A stretch of 64,000 nt of DNA from Candidatus Margulisiibacteriota bacterium. GTDB lineage: Bacteria > Margulisbacteria > Marinamargulisbacteria > JBFWNS01. The translations under genes were made by a program, and so were the position numbers. Where the stretch lies: assembly GCA_050250935.1 (NCBI GenBank), contig JBFWNS010000005.1, positions 88,418 to 152,417 of the forward strand, read 5' to 3'. The notes beneath the pieces were generated by a model that saw only the letters and a program-made list of their open reading frames with translations, was not told the origin of the DNA and did no database searches. Shown here one piece after another: positions 39,277 to 48,897 of the stretch; the stretch's first letter is position 1, and each line of letters opens with the position of its first letter.

Positions 39277-39534
39277 ATGTCAGACTTTTTTCTTAAGCAC
39301 ATTACCCAAAGCGAATACCGTAAAAATCCCGGAGAATTGGCCAGTTCCGAGCTTACCGTGATCGACCATGTCCTCGAGCCTTTGGATGCTTCTGTCGAGG
39401 TTAAAAAGGCCTTAAAAACCAAGGTGCTACAAGAGGTTAATAACCTGTTGGATGCTTTGGTCCCCCCCGATGTGGCCACTTGTATCGATCGCGAGGCACT
39501 GTGCCATCAAATTTTGACGCGGTTGGCCCTATGA
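39277..39534 (+). CDS. small hypothetical protein between flhA and fliA
   Basis: 85-aa ORF. Its TGA stop overlaps the fliA ATG as ATGA. No recognised motif. Confidence 0.4.
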   Translation: MSDFFLKHITQSEYRKNPGELASSELTVIDHVLEPLDASVEVKKALKTKVLQEVNNLLDALVPPDVATCIDREALCHQILTRLAL

Positions 39535-40127
39535 AAACAGCCGATGCCTTGTGGGCCGAAGTTAAGGACCAGGTTTTTAATTATGTAAAAGTCTATGTGT
39601 TGCAACAAGCTGCCTCAGAATTGTTGATGGCCTATAAACCCCGCATCGACCAAATTGTTCGGCGCTATGCCCGTTTCTTGCCCAGCTTTGTGTCCGATAG
39701 CGAAGGCGATGATTTGCAAACCGTGGCCCAATTGGAGTTTATCGAAGCCTTTAAAGTCTGGGTTCCCGAAAAATCCCCAGATATTTGGCCCCTTGCTCAA
39801 ATGCGGATGATCGGGGCCATGAAAGACCACATTCGCTATATTTCAAAATCCGATCCATCACGGTTCTACGATTGGATTACAGATGCGGCCTATGTGTTTA
39901 CTATGGTTAACAAACGGGCCGATTTCGAGCAAGAAATCGAGACTGGCGATCAGTTAAGCCAGGCCATGCAAACCCTGACTGATCGGGAACGGTTGGTGGT
40001 CGTCACCCACACCAAAGACGACAAAACCTTCAAACAAATTGGGGACGAACTGGGTATTTCAGAGTCTCAAATTTCCAGGATCTACAAAAAAGCCCTGGAA
40101 AAAATGAAAAAACGACTTCAGCCCTAG
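39531..40127 (+). CDS. fliA: flagellar sigma factor sigma-28
   Basis: Regions 2-4 are recognisable, and the C-terminal HTH reads FKQIGDELGISESQISRIYKKALEKMKK. The conserved start MKTADALW is at 39531. Short at 198 aa. Confidence 0.8.
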   Translation: MKTADALWAEVKDQVFNYVKVYVLQQAASELLMAYKPRIDQIVRRYARFLPSFVSDSEGDDLQTVAQLEFIEAFKVWVPEKSPDIWPLAQMRMIGAMKDHIRYISKSDPSRFYDWITDAAYVFTMVNKRADFEQEIETGDQLSQAMQTLTDRERLVVVTHTKDDKTFKQIGDELGISESQISRIYKKALEKMKKRLQP

Positions 40128-40531
40128 GGCTCGATGTTTTCCAAGGCGTCGTTTTGAAGTGTGCGATAAAAACAGGTGCTTCTGTGCTTTCCTGCTTGTG
40201 TTTGGGTATGGCAAGCGCCTTGGCCTTGGGGTAGAACCAGATACAACAACGCGTTTTGTTCGCAATTGAGGCGAATATCGGCTACAGAAAGGGTGTCGCC
40301 AGAGGTTGCGCCCTTAACCCAAAGCTCGTTTCTGGAGGTACTCCAGAAGGTTGCAAGCCCGGTTTGGCGTGTTTTTTCAAAAGCCAGGGCATTGGTATAG
40401 GCCACAATCAAAACGTCTTTGGTTAGGGCGTGCTGGACCACCACGGGAATTACCTGTTGGTCGGGGTTGTTGGTGGGAGCAAGCTTGGAAAAGTCCAGGC
40501 GCAGGTCTGCACCTTCTTCGAGGCTGTTCAT
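40124..40531 (-). CDS. hisI: phosphoribosyl-AMP cyclohydrolase
   Basis: VIPVVVQHALTKDVLIVAYTNALAFEKTRQTGLATFWSTSRNELWVKGATSGDTLSVADIRLNCEQNALLYLV...GACHTQ. The start is the internal ATG at 40529-40531. The longer ORF would overlap ispH. Confidence 0.85.
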   Translation of the reverse strand: MNSLEEGADLRLDFSKLAPTNNPDQQVIPVVVQHALTKDVLIVAYTNALAFEKTRQTGLATFWSTSRNELWVKGATSGDTLSVADIRLNCEQNALLYLVLPQGQGACHTQTQAGKHRSTCFYRTLQNDALENIEP

Positions 40532-40535
40532 ACCC

Positions 40536-41456
40536 CTACACTTTGGGAACTTTGAAGGCGATGCCTTTTTCCAGGCTTTCTTCTTGGAAGATGTCTTGAA
40601 CGGGAAAATGGGCCTTAAGTTGGTTGACCACCTCGTCGACAATGCTTCTCGGTACGGATGCCCCAGAGCTGATGCCCACGTTTTGCTTGCCAGCAAACCA
40701 GGCCATATCCAACTCGGCTGCGGTGTCGATGATGTAGCTATGAACCCCTTCTTCTTCGGCTGTTTCTTTCAGGCGGTTGCTATTCGAGCTGTGGGGAGAT
40801 CCACAGATGATGATGATGTCGCAGTGCTTCGCCAAGGTTTTGACGGCATCTTGGCGGTTTTGGGTGGCGAAGCAGATGTCTTCTTTGGGCGGTGCTTTGA
40901 TGTCGGGGAATTTGGCTTTAAGCTTTGTAATCATTTTGGTGGTTTCGGTAACCGACAACGTGGTTTGGGTTAAATAGCCAATGGGTTGATTGGGATCCAT
41001 CGATAACCCATCAATTTCGTCTTCGGTTTCAATCACATGCAGCAAGGCTGGATTTACATAGCCCGAGGTTCCAATCAGTTCTTGGTGGCCACGGTGACCA
41101 ATTAAAATGGTTTGGACCCCTTGTTTGGAAAAGGTGATGGCTTCCCGGTGTACTTTCGTGACCAAAGGACAGGTGGCATCAATGCTGATCAGGTTCCGCT
41201 CTTTGGCTTTTTCATACACATCTGGTGCAATGCCGTGGGCACTAAAAATAATCCGTTGTCCTTCGGGCACTTCAGATAAATCTTCAACAAACACCACACC
41301 TTGGCGTTCGAAATCGGCGATCACGGTGGTGTTGTGGACAATATGGTGGCGAACATAAATGGGAGGTCCATATTTTTCGAGGGCCAATTTCACCACATCA
41401 ATCGCACTGGAAACGCCTGCACAAAACCCTTGGGTATGGGCCAAATAAATATTCAT
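40536..41456 (-). CDS. ispH: 4-hydroxy-3-methylbut-2-enyl diphosphate reductase
   Basis: MNIYLAHTQGFCAGV, the three conserved Cys, and a SSNSNRL motif. Confidence 0.9.
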   Translation of the reverse strand: MNIYLAHTQGFCAGVSSAIDVVKLALEKYGPPIYVRHHIVHNTTVIADFERQGVVFVEDLSEVPEGQRIIFSAHGIAPDVYEKAKERNLISIDATCPLVTKVHREAITFSKQGVQTILIGHRGHQELIGTSGYVNPALLHVIETEDEIDGLSMDPNQPIGYLTQTTLSVTETTKMITKLKAKFPDIKAPPKEDICFATQNRQDAVKTLAKHCDIIIICGSPHSSNSNRLKETAEEEGVHSYIIDTAAELDMAWFAGKQNVGISSGASVPRSIVDEVVNQLKAHFPVQDIFQEESLEKGIAFKVPKV

Positions 41457-41460
41457 GGTG

Positions 41461-41991
41461 TTAACCCCATCCTTTGTTAATCACATAGATTAAAACGCCG
41501 GTAACCGATACATAAAGCCACAGTGGAAATGTGTAACGGGCCAGTTTTTTGTGAAGGGGGAATCGGCCACTAAGCCCTAAAAAGAAGGTGGTTAAAATCA
41601 TGGGTAGGGCCCCAACCGTTAAAACAATGTGGGAAATTAAAACAAAAAAGTAGATGGGTCGAATCAGGCCTGTGCCCAAAAAGTGGGTGTCGCCATGGAC
41701 GGCGTGGTAAATCACATAAGACAACAAAAACAGCGAGGAAAATCCAAAGGCGCCCAACATCCATCGGGGGTGGGATTTGGTGTTTCCGGCTTTAATGGCC
41801 AAAATTCCGAAAACCAAGGCGATGGCGCTACAGGCATTCAGCACACAATTTAACAGGGGTAAATATTGAACACCAGGCAAAGCTAGGGTTGTTGGTGGTT
41901 TTAAATAAATCAACCAGAGCAGGAATAAAAAGGCAGCAAAACTAATGACAAAAATTATGGCGTAAGCTGTTTTGGGTTGTTTCTCGTTCAT
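41461..41991 (-). CDS. DUF420-like integral membrane protein
   Basis: 176 aa with four TM helices. This family is commonly adjacent to heme-copper oxidase and ctaB genes. Confidence 0.5.
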   Translation of the reverse strand: MNEKQPKTAYAIIFVISFAAFLFLLWLIYLKPPTTLALPGVQYLPLLNCVLNACSAIALVFGILAIKAGNTKSHPRWMLGAFGFSSLFLLSYVIYHAVHGDTHFLGTGLIRPIYFFVLISHIVLTVGALPMILTTFFLGLSGRFPLHKKLARYTFPLWLYVSVTGVLIYVINKGWG

Positions 41992-42030
41992 GGTTGCTCA
42001 GTGTATCACACAACCCAGAAATTTGGAGCG

Positions 42031-42573
42031 TTAAAACGGCAGAAATAGCGAGCTGTGTCCCACCGAAATGCCCAGTGACACCGTGGTCGATCCAAAGCTC
42101 CCGGTTGGATAGGTTAAATACCCCACATCCAGGTCTACACAAAGCGTATCCATTAGGGGAATCCAAAGCCCTGTTTCTGCTTTCACAACCAGGCCTCCGC
42201 CTGCTGGGAGCCCACCACCGCCCCCAGAGCCCACGCTGGCCCGATAGTGCCATGCCACAGTGTTCCAGATGGGGGTGTGATAACCCAAGCCTACTGCTGC
42301 AATACCATAGCCGCCACGGTTGCCGCCGATGGCCCCAAAGATGCTTAAGATAAGGTCGATTTGTGGGGTTAACGAGGTGTCGAATTGATACCCAAAGGTG
42401 TTGGTTAGACCGGGCTCGGTCTCGAAATAGGTTTCAACCAAAAAATGTTCCTGGTGATGCCGGATCTGAAGGTGGTTTAAATCGCTTGGCGAAAGCGGCT
42501 CTGCAGCCAGTGGGGCAACCCCCAAAAGAAGCCCGAGCAGCAGACCCGATCGTTTTAGAAATGAAGTTGCCAT
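42031..42573 (-). CDS. secreted Gly-rich hypothetical protein (paralog 1, beta-barrel-like)
   Basis: Signal peptide, with GGGGGLPAGGG loops. Paralogous to the upstream gene. Start chosen at the internal Met preceding the signal peptide. Confidence 0.5.
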   Translation of the reverse strand: MATSFLKRSGLLLGLLLGVAPLAAEPLSPSDLNHLQIRHHQEHFLVETYFETEPGLTNTFGYQFDTSLTPQIDLILSIFGAIGGNRGGYGIAAVGLGYHTPIWNTVAWHYRASVGSGGGGGLPAGGGLVVKAETGLWIPLMDTLCVDLDVGYLTYPTGSFGSTTVSLGISVGHSSLFLPF

Positions 42574-43094
42574 TGTTTTAAACCTGCGCAGACCGAGACC
42601 GTCCATCCCGAAATTTCACCGTTGATAAACTGAATGTAGCCCACAGCTGCACCCAGAGCAAGGTCGTGGCTTAGATCGGTTTGAAGCTCTAGGGTTGGAT
42701 TAATGGCAAATCCCCCGCCTTGTGGGGCAGATCCCCCGCCAGCAGCCCCCAAAAACAGGCGGCTGTCGATTCGCCAGTGGGGTGAAAGGTCGTATTGGGC
42801 CCCGAGGACAAGCCCGCCTTCCAAATAACCGGAGCGTTTGCCAAACAAGGCACCGCTGCCCCATTCGCCCCAATACCAGCTGGGGTTCAAAAACGTTTTT
42901 CGCCCGAAGCCATATAATACGATGGATTCTCCGGGGGTAATGGCATAGGTTTTGGTTTCAAAAAAATAGTCCAGACGGCTTTTTTGGAGTTGGGATAGGT
43001 CTGGGGATTGGGCTTGGGGGGTGCCTGCAAAAAATAAGGCTAAAACACACCCAACAATCGCAGTAAAAACAGGTCTACTGAAACAGAACATCAA
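42555..43094 (-). CDS. secreted Gly-rich hypothetical protein (paralog 2)
   Basis: Signal peptide, with AAGGGSAPQGGG loops. Shares alternating hydrophobic beta-strand patterns with the downstream paralog. Confidence 0.5.
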   Translation of the reverse strand: MMFCFSRPVFTAIVGCVLALFFAGTPQAQSPDLSQLQKSRLDYFFETKTYAITPGESIVLYGFGRKTFLNPSWYWGEWGSGALFGKRSGYLEGGLVLGAQYDLSPHWRIDSRLFLGAAGGGSAPQGGGFAINPTLELQTDLSHDLALGAAVGYIQFINGEISGWTVSVCAGLKQWQLHF

Positions 43095-43935
43095 GCAAAA
43101 TCAGCAGCAATAATATCGGCAAATAAATCACCGAAAGTCGCAGTACCGATTTTGCAGCGGCATGGCTTCTGTCTTTGGCAAATTTAAGGCCGCCGCTTAA
43201 GAACCAGGTGCCCAATAAAAATGCACCGCCCACATAAAAGGGGCCAACCAGGCCGTAAAAATAGGGGAAGGTCGAAACCAAAATTAACAGCAAGGTGTTA
43301 AAAATAATTTCTCGGCTTGTTCGCCAGCCTGTGGGATCAAAAACAGACAACATTTTGAAGCCTGCCTTGGCATAATCGTCTTTGTACATCCAAGCGATGG
43401 CATAAAAATGGGGAAGCTGCCACAAAAACAAAATCAAAAACAAGGTCCAGGCGGGATAGCCGACCTGTCCGGTTGCTGCCGACCACCCAGCCAAGGGAGG
43501 AATGGCCCCTGGAAAAGCGCCCACCAAGGTGTTGAGCCAGGTTTTCTTTTTAAGCGGGGTGTAAACCAATACATAAAGCCCGCTGGTTAACAGGGCCAAC
43601 AGGGCGGTTAGGTGGTTCACTGTGATGGCTAGAAAAATAACCCCAATGAGGGTTAATCCTAGACCCAAGATCAGGGCGTGGATTTTGGGAATAAGCCCAC
43701 TGGGTAGGGGGCGGTTTTTGGTTCTGTCCATCAGGGAATCTTCCTGGATTTCCCAATAGTGGTTCAAAGCCGCCGCCCCACCCGATGCAATGGCGGTGCC
43801 GAGCATCGCCGCAGCAAAGCGAGTCCAATGGAAAGGCGTTGGCGATGCCAAAATGTAGCCCATGGCCAGGGTTACCAGTTGCATCATCAAAATGCGGGGT
43901 TTTGTAAGTTCTAAATAGGCTTTAAAAAGGGTCAT
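43075..43935 (-). CDS. ctaB: protoheme IX farnesyltransferase
   Basis: UbiA-family TM protein with LTKPRILMMQLVT and D-rich motifs. Confidence 0.9.
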   Translation of the reverse strand: MTLFKAYLELTKPRILMMQLVTLAMGYILASPTPFHWTRFAAAMLGTAIASGGAAALNHYWEIQEDSLMDRTKNRPLPSGLIPKIHALILGLGLTLIGVIFLAITVNHLTALLALLTSGLYVLVYTPLKKKTWLNTLVGAFPGAIPPLAGWSAATGQVGYPAWTLFLILFLWQLPHFYAIAWMYKDDYAKAGFKMLSVFDPTGWRTSREIIFNTLLLILVSTFPYFYGLVGPFYVGGAFLLGTWFLSGGLKFAKDRSHAAAKSVLRLSVIYLPILLLLILLDVLFQ

Positions 43936-43996
43936 ACTAGATGGGGCATTATCAACTGGTTGTAGTAGTTTTTCAAGTTTTAAAGCGGCTTGGGAT

Positions 43997-44542
43997 TTAA
44001 AAGAGGCTGTCGATGGCCTTTTCTCCGTAAACCTCTTTGAAAAATCTGGGAAAGGGCAGGACAGGAAAAACAGCCAATTGGGATTTGATTCTTTCGAAAG
44101 AGAAATGCTTAAACACTTTTTTAAGGCGTTCTAAAAAAGCCTCGTCTGCGTCGCGAATGGCCATTAATAAATAAGGAAGGACAGGATAGTCGGTGGTTCC
44201 CAAAACAACACTCAAACACACCACTGTTTCTGGGTTTTGTTCTGTTTTTAATTCTTCGATGAAAAATTCGTGAACTTCGTGATAGGGAATAGTGGACATG
44301 GGCCCAACCATCAGACGTTTTTGAAGAGGGCTGGCCTGCTTAAATAGGGGAATCATTCGCAGCAGCCTGTCTTTGTCTTCTTCTCCCGTCAATAGAATCG
44401 ATGCCGTTGCACAAATCTCGGGGTCGTTGGACTGGATACAGGTGCATAAAAAGTCGATTTCCGCGTCCTCAAAAGGACCCTGGCTAGAGACGTAGTCCAA
44501 ACGGGTCAAAATGTTTAACAGGTTTTCGCGTTCTGTTTTCAT
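43997..44542 (-). CDS. hypothetical protein
   Basis: 181-aa ORF with good coding periodicity. No recognised motif. Confidence 0.4.
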   Translation of the reverse strand: MKTERENLLNILTRLDYVSSQGPFEDAEIDFLCTCIQSNDPEICATASILLTGEEDKDRLLRMIPLFKQASPLQKRLMVGPMSTIPYHEVHEFFIEELKTEQNPETVVCLSVVLGTTDYPVLPYLLMAIRDADEAFLERLKKVFKHFSFERIKSQLAVFPVLPFPRFFKEVYGEKAIDSLF

Positions 44543-44705
44543 GTCCTGCTATTTAATCATTCGGGATGCGGTTATGCAAAGCCAAGGGTGATGGTTGTAT
44601 TGAGAAAAATCGATACATAATAATCCCCAACTGTGTCGATTACCAGAACATGAGTGAGCGGTGAAACGACTCACTTATCAAAATTCTCTAAAAGGAGTCA
44701 CGACA

Positions 44706-44969
44706 ATGGCAGACCTACAACTCGATAAGTCCAGTGAGCGTATCGCAGCTGGTCAAGAAGCTGGGGATACATACCAAGGCACATTGGAAACGATCCGTAA
44801 CGATCTAACCAAAACAGACCAAACAGGGACCACATTGGGGACCATGGTGGGTTCAAACCTTGAGATGATTGAAGCCGAATCGACGTACCAAATCGAACAA
44901 GGGGTTCCTAAAAAAGCTTCTTCTACGGTTAAAGACGCAGCTGGCGAAATCAAAAAATCAGCGGGTTAG
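44706..44969 (+). CDS. small acidic hypothetical protein (first gene of the long unknown operon)
   Basis: RBS AAGGAG 8 nt upstream of ATG 44706. The ORF-track start at 44661 lacks an RBS. 87 aa. Confidence 0.55.
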   Translation: MADLQLDKSSERIAAGQEAGDTYQGTLETIRNDLTKTDQTGTTLGTMVGSNLEMIEAESTYQIEQGVPKKASSTVKDAAGEIKKSAG

Positions 44970-45086
44970 TTTTTTTGCCCTCTCTCCTGCAGGGTTTTCC
45001 CTGCAGGGGATTGGGACTTAGGTGTGTTTTTAGTTCAAGCATTAAGACCAGACCTAATTCCCGATCGCAATTTAAGGAGTATTACC

Positions 45087-45413
45087 ATGGCAATGGACGC
45101 ATCATTTCGAGTTTTGGATAGAACCGACATTACAACGGTGAACTCCAAAAAGATTTTAACCATTTATGATTTTGCCTATGGGACCTACTTGGCAACGTCG
45201 AATTTCTTTAAGCAAATCAGTAACATTCAATCGGCTTTGGCCACTGGGCAAAAAGTGACGTTGCAAACCGGTCAAGTTGCGGATCCCCAAACCATGGGGG
45301 GCTTGTTGGCCATTAATATCGCGATAGAAACCTTGGATAGTACCAAGACCTCGATGGAAGGGTTGTCCAAGTTGGGGTTGAAAAACGAAAACGACCTTTG
45401 GAAGCTACAGTAA
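45087..45413 (+). CDS. small hypothetical protein
   Basis: RBS AAGGAG 7 nt upstream of ATG 45087. 108 aa. Confidence 0.55.
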   Translation: MAMDASFRVLDRTDITTVNSKKILTIYDFAYGTYLATSNFFKQISNIQSALATGQKVTLQTGQVADPQTMGGLLAINIAIETLDSTKTSMEGLSKLGLKNENDLWKLQ

Positions 45414-45446
45414 ACCGATTCTGGGGGGAAAGAAGGAAGGTGTCCG

Positions 45447-48035
45447 ATGGGCTTAGATATTGAACCGTATAGCGAACCAAGACCCTCGTTTTTTCCGCCC
45501 ATGGTGTCCCCGGAACCCAACCGGCGCTTGGAATTGGAAATGGGTTCTTTTGGCAAAAAACTAGCCGATACACTGAACCAGCAAGGTCAAGGCGAAGACG
45601 ATGAATTGTCTAAAGAAGCCAATGTTAAGATTGCCAAACAAATTGCAAACTTCCAAAAAGCCCTGGACTTTATGCCCAGGGTTAAGTTGGCGTTTATCGA
45701 ATTTACCGGCGATAAAGGCAATAGCGAAAAATTGGATGCCGATGGCTATGTGGATTTGCGAGGCAAGCTGAATCAGGCCTTCTGGGACAATTCCAAATAT
45801 TTTTTAAAACCCCGAACCAGCCCTTTGGAGTATGGCCAGCAAGATCTGAACCCCCTTGAAGCCTATTTCGATGACAAAGGTATTTTGCAAGGGGCCATTG
45901 GAAAACGGAAAGTCCAAACCGGGGATTATGTTGAAAATGGCATTTATGGCCAAATGGGCGATATGCAGTTTGGACAAGATGCCGAAGGGTTGTTTCCTGC
46001 TTTGGGGAATACTTGGGTTCACAATTTGAATCTTTATCATGGGGCAGCGTCTTGGAATCCCTTTAAAGAAGGGGATAAAGCCAACTACGATGCGTTTAAT
46101 GAAAATCCCTTGTACGCCTCTTTAGTGAATTCCTTTATGTCGCCTTTGAAAATTCTTCAAGACATGGACCCAGAATTGGTTCAAAAAATGAAAGAAGCCA
46201 TGAATGCCATTCAAGATACCCGGGATGCCAATTTTAATAACCCTTGGGTAGGAAAAGAAGACGCCAACTCGTTGAACTGGATGAATGTGCAAGATCCTTA
46301 TAAAGACAGCAAAGTGGATACCTTTAATGTGATGGCCAACTATTACGATATTGGCATGTCCCAGATGTGGGATAAATGGTCGCCCGATCAGGCCTTCTAT
46401 TTCTTGTTGAATGGCTGGGAAGACCACAAACGACCTTACAGCGAATTCCAAAATATCTTGGGTAAAAAAGTGTTTGATATGCCCAATACTGGCGATCCAG
46501 AATCCCAAACCCAAGGGGCGCAAGATATCGTTAACAACGTCAAAAAATGGTGGGATACCGTGGGTTCCAAGGCCACCAGCGAAGGGTCTTTGGTGCCGTT
46601 TCGGGTAATGTCTCAGATGGCTTCGTCGGTGTCGGGTATGATGGACGCTTGGGGCGATTGGGGTGACAGCCGATTGTACGATGCGGCCAGCGTGATTACG
46701 GATGACAAGTATGGCTTTAAAAATAAAATGATCAATGGATACTTGAACCATGTGTCAGACAACTATATTGCCACGATGTTTCAGGGGCGTGGTGTTGTTC
46801 GGCAAGACGATTTGTTTGGGACAGTGGACACCCGTCAGATGGTGTTGGGATCTTTAAAAAGCCAAGGTCTTTTGAGCGCAGAAGGGGTGTTAACCTCGAA
46901 ATACAAACCGTCGATGGCTGTGGAAGTTCCTGGGCTTTCGGATGACGATAATCAACAGTTGAACGAAACCTTGCAAAAATCGGCTTTGGGCGATTTTAAT
47001 TTGGACCGACAAGCGGGATTTTCCACCGGCAATGCGGGGATGTCCAACATTATGTTGATTGGGGCCGAAGATGGGAAGCCTGCCAGCTTGAACGATGTGT
47101 TGGGACTGTTGCGGCAAGGGGATAATCCCTTGGACCGCTACAAAAATGCCAGAAATGCCTACAACACCTTTTTTGATATGTACGAATCCATGACAGGATT
47201 GGGGCTGGAAACAGGTGGAACCAATGGCAAAGGGGTTCTGAAACAGGTTAATGGCAAATACCAAATGACCGTGTTTCCCAATGCCCAATGGAAGCAAGAA
47301 ACCGTTTTGGGTGGTGTGGGTGGTTCTGAAACCAGAACGGGTCCCTTGACCCTGACTTTCGATACAGAAGCTCAGGCCCAAAGTTTTGTGAAACAAGTCC
47401 GGTCTGTTATTGCGTTGTTGGAACCGGTTGTGGCTGGGTTTGATCCTGCCAACAACAATGGGCCAGGCCATTCGGCCATGACCTATGAAGGGGGTCAAAA
47501 ACGGTTGAGTAACCTTCGGGTTTTAACGGACAATTCCAATAGTATCGATAGTTTGTACCCCATTCCCGAAGACAGTCCCGACTATCGCATTCAGGTGGAC
47601 TTTGTACCCCATCACCAAACCACCGGTCCTGTGGTGAATCAAGGCGATAAATATCAGGCCATTCGTGGGTTTGATGCCAACAATACTGGCGCTGGAAATT
47701 GGTGGGAACAAGTGGACAAGTTTACTGGTGGAAAAGCCTACGACAAAATTGCCCAAGTGGTGTTTGGTAAAGGGGTTGGAAACCGAATTTTAAGAGGCCA
47801 ACACAAAAAACAAGTTGAAGAATATCAACAAAAGAAAACGGAGTATGAAGAAGAAGAAGAAGATAAATTGGTTCAAGAGCGTAAACGGCGCAACGATCGT
47901 GTAGCCGAGGAAAATCGCGTGTCCAAGCTTCAACAACAAGAACGAGAGCAGCGTCACATCGAGCAGCTCCAACGCGATAATCAACGCCGTAATGAAGAGG
48001 CCCAAAAGCAAAAAGCCAACCAAAAGAAAAAGTAG
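45447..48035 (+). CDS. hypothetical 862-aa Trp/Asn/Gly-rich protein with a C-terminal E/R/K-rich helical tail
   Basis: No signal peptide. Last about 75 aa are KKQVEEYQQKKTEYEEEEEDKLVQERKRRNDRVAEENR...QKQKANQKKK. Confidence 0.6.
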   Translation: MGLDIEPYSEPRPSFFPPMVSPEPNRRLELEMGSFGKKLADTLNQQGQGEDDELSKEANVKIAKQIANFQKALDFMPRVKLAFIEFTGDKGNSEKLDADGYVDLRGKLNQAFWDNSKYFLKPRTSPLEYGQQDLNPLEAYFDDKGILQGAIGKRKVQTGDYVENGIYGQMGDMQFGQDAEGLFPALGNTWVHNLNLYHGAASWNPFKEGDKANYDAFNENPLYASLVNSFMSPLKILQDMDPELVQKMKEAMNAIQDTRDANFNNPWVGKEDANSLNWMNVQDPYKDSKVDTFNVMANYYDIGMSQMWDKWSPDQAFYFLLNGWEDHKRPYSEFQNILGKKVFDMPNTGDPESQTQGAQDIVNNVKKWWDTVGSKATSEGSLVPFRVMSQMASSVSGMMDAWGDWGDSRLYDAASVITDDKYGFKNKMINGYLNHVSDNYIATMFQGRGVVRQDDLFGTVDTRQMVLGSLKSQGLLSAEGVLTSKYKPSMAVEVPGLSDDDNQQLNETLQKSALGDFNLDRQAGFSTGNAGMSNIMLIGAEDGKPASLNDVLGLLRQGDNPLDRYKNARNAYNTFFDMYESMTGLGLETGGTNGKGVLKQVNGKYQMTVFPNAQWKQETVLGGVGGSETRTGPLTLTFDTEAQAQSFVKQVRSVIALLEPVVAGFDPANNNGPGHSAMTYEGGQKRLSNLRVLTDNSNSIDSLYPIPEDSPDYRIQVDFVPHHQTTGPVVNQGDKYQAIRGFDANNTGAGNWWEQVDKFTGGKAYDKIAQVVFGKGVGNRILRGQHKKQVEEYQQKKTEYEEEEEDKLVQERKRRNDRVAEENRVSKLQQQEREQRHIEQLQRDNQRRNEEAQKQKANQKKK

Positions 48036-48050
48036 CAGGGGAGGCTTAAC

Positions 48051-48893
48051 ATGTCTGTGCACAAAATAGGCGAAGGAACGGCAGAATCCGAAGCAGCCCA
48101 TAAGCTGACTCAAAACGCCTATTATGCCAAGTTGCAGCAAGGGCTAAAAGAAAAGCAGCAAGCGCATCAGGCCGAAAAGCAGCGGGAATCCAGTGGTCAT
48201 GAGACCGACACCAAAGTGGATGCCGTTGCCAAAGCCGATAAAGCGGACGAGGCTGGTTTTTATTCGATTAAAGATCAGGTCGAAATTCGGTCTGTAAAAT
48301 GGAAGAAAAACGAAAAAGGCGAGCCAGAAGTCGATATTGAGTCGGGTTCGGTGTACCAAACCTCGGTGGATCGAAATGATGATGGGGTCAGAATTTTAAG
48401 GCTTTTGGGCCATAAAATTGATTTGTCTTCCAAGGTGATGCAACTGAAACAGAGTTTTATGGAAAATACGATTCAGGCTCGGTCTCACCATCCGTTTTTG
48501 TCTCGGTATGCGGCCTTCAAGGTAGGGATTTTGGGCCAATTGTTGGCGGTTTTGGGGGTGAGTGCCGAAGACATTACCGCCATGCAAAAAGGGGCTGTAA
48601 AGGCAGCCATTCAAGACAATATTTCGTTGGTGGGCGAAAACATTTATAACTTGGAATTAACCGAATTGGTTCATGGTAAATCCAAAAAAGTAAAACACAA
48701 CATCGCCATGCTCAAAAAAATGCAAAAACAGTTGTTAACCCAGATGTCGCATTTGGGAAGACCCGACTATTGGACACCGGCCCGTGTTGTTGAAGAACAA
48801 ATTGCCCAATGCACAAAGTTGCGAGACGAGTTTGCCAAAGAGCAGGATGCGTTGGCGTATCAATTGGACTTTTTGAATCAAGGGCCGAGGTAG
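48051..48893 (+). CDS. hypothetical 280-aa protein
   Basis: RBS GGGGAGG. K/E/Q-rich N-terminus. No motif. Confidence 0.55.
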   Translation: MSVHKIGEGTAESEAAHKLTQNAYYAKLQQGLKEKQQAHQAEKQRESSGHETDTKVDAVAKADKADEAGFYSIKDQVEIRSVKWKKNEKGEPEVDIESGSVYQTSVDRNDDGVRILRLLGHKIDLSSKVMQLKQSFMENTIQARSHHPFLSRYAAFKVGILGQLLAVLGVSAEDITAMQKGAVKAAIQDNISLVGENIYNLELTELVHGKSKKVKHNIAMLKKMQKQLLTQMSHLGRPDYWTPARVVEEQIAQCTKLRDEFAKEQDALAYQLDFLNQGPR

Positions 48894-48897
48894 AACC

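Noticed and set aside
40532-40696. Longer 190-aa version of the hisI ORF
   Set aside because: It would overlap ispH by 160 nt. HisI homology begins only at the internal Met, 40529-40531, immediately after the ispH stop.
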